DNA of 6,335 bases from Chlorokybus atmophyticus (Eukaryota > Plantae > Mesostigma and Chlorokybus algae). The notes beneath the pieces are model-generated. The model was not told where the DNA came from. It did not search any database and saw only the letters and a list, made by a program, of their open reading frames with translations. Location of the stretch: NCBI GenBank assembly GCA_009103225.1, contig RHPI01000283.1:1-6335 (forward strand), given 5' to 3'. This document shows positions 5,858 to 6,335 of this stretch, in pieces; position 1 is the first letter of the stretch, and every line of letters starts with the position of its first letter. Both the position numbers and the translations under genes were made by a program.

Positions 5858-6335
5858 GATTACGCTGTGGCTGATGTAGCAAAGGTTGATAGTCAGTTGC
5901 TTGAGATACAAGCAGTTAACTGGTTTGATAATCTGTCTCAAATGCATGTAATGACGCATGCATGGCAAACACATCACAAGTTACCACTGTTTGATGTTGC
6001 AACAGTGGAAGCAAATACTTGTGTACTGGTACATGTGAAATTTAACATGCTTACCGACGTGTTGCACACATTGAGTGAATTGCAATGTAAACACAGATCC
6101 CTGAGTGTGGTAGCAATGGTGCCAAAATATCATGGCCCATGGTTGAAGTATACTCGAGGGGGTATTGTTTTAAAACAATTCACCAAGCGCGAGACTGGGA
6201 CAATTCGATTATCAGCAATATTAATCAACCCCCGCATTAGTCACGGATTGTTGGCTACCTTTCAAGGACGAGTGGTACCTTTGTTGTGGACATTCAGTGG
6301 CACAATGCAAGGTGTGAATAGCTCGTTTTTGATTG
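5858..6335 (+). CDS. pol: N-terminal part of Pol (extra domain plus start of protease), in frame with gag after the TAG; missed by the ORF track
   Basis: Manual translation gives 159 stop-free codons (DYAVADVAKV...GTMQGVNSSFLI) in the gag frame, ending in the same SFLI that begins the protease at window base 2. Confidence 0.9.
6322..6335 (+). repeat. 14-nt terminal direct repeat identical to bases 1-14
   Basis: CTCGTTTTTGATTG at both 1-14 and 6322-6335, in the same pol frame; implied unit length 6321 nt including the N gap. Confidence 0.95.

Larger units (their letters stand above)
1..6335 (+). mobile_element. Ty3/Gypsy (Metaviridae) LTR retrotransposon, chromovirus-like, circularly permuted view (pol - gap - LTR - PBS - gag - pol start)
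   Basis: Domain order PR-RT-RH-INT is diagnostic of Ty3/Gypsy. TG...CA LTR followed by a tRNA PBS; gag with MHR-like motif and CCHC knuckle. RT/INT motifs (RMCVDYRALNK, YPLPRIDD, SDRDPRF, STAYHPQTD) are typical of chromoviruses, but no chromodomain is visible because the integrase C-terminus falls in the gap. Confidence 0.96.

Noticed and set aside
5585-5977. ORFs 5585-5977 (-) and 5691-5879 (+) overlapping the gag end
   Set aside because: The plus-strand one is in another frame and stops at 5879 without joining pol, so it is not a frameshift bridge; the minus-strand one has no motif.

Overview
The whole window is a eukaryotic Ty3/Gypsy LTR retrotransposon (chromovirus-like; a green-algal host is a guess) shown in circularly permuted order. 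The order is pol body (protease-RT-RNase H-integrase, 2-2527), a 696-nt N gap, one 339-bp LTR (3224-3562), a tRNA-iMet-type primer-binding site, an ~830-nt leader, gag (4391-5857), a single in-frame TAG, then an open frame running into the protease start. The last 14 nt repeat the first 14 nt. Unusual points: (1) gag and pol share one frame split by one UAG, suggesting readthrough; (2) an extra ~140-aa domain between the Gag stop and protease resembles a degenerate Dam-type adenine methyltransferase fold; (3) all leader AUGs lie in one 5-nt-period cassette, directly after an all-frame stop cassette and followed by 611 AUG-free nt; (4) the LTR is largely a chain of consecutive hairpins. Homology statements come from recognised motifs only; no searches were run.
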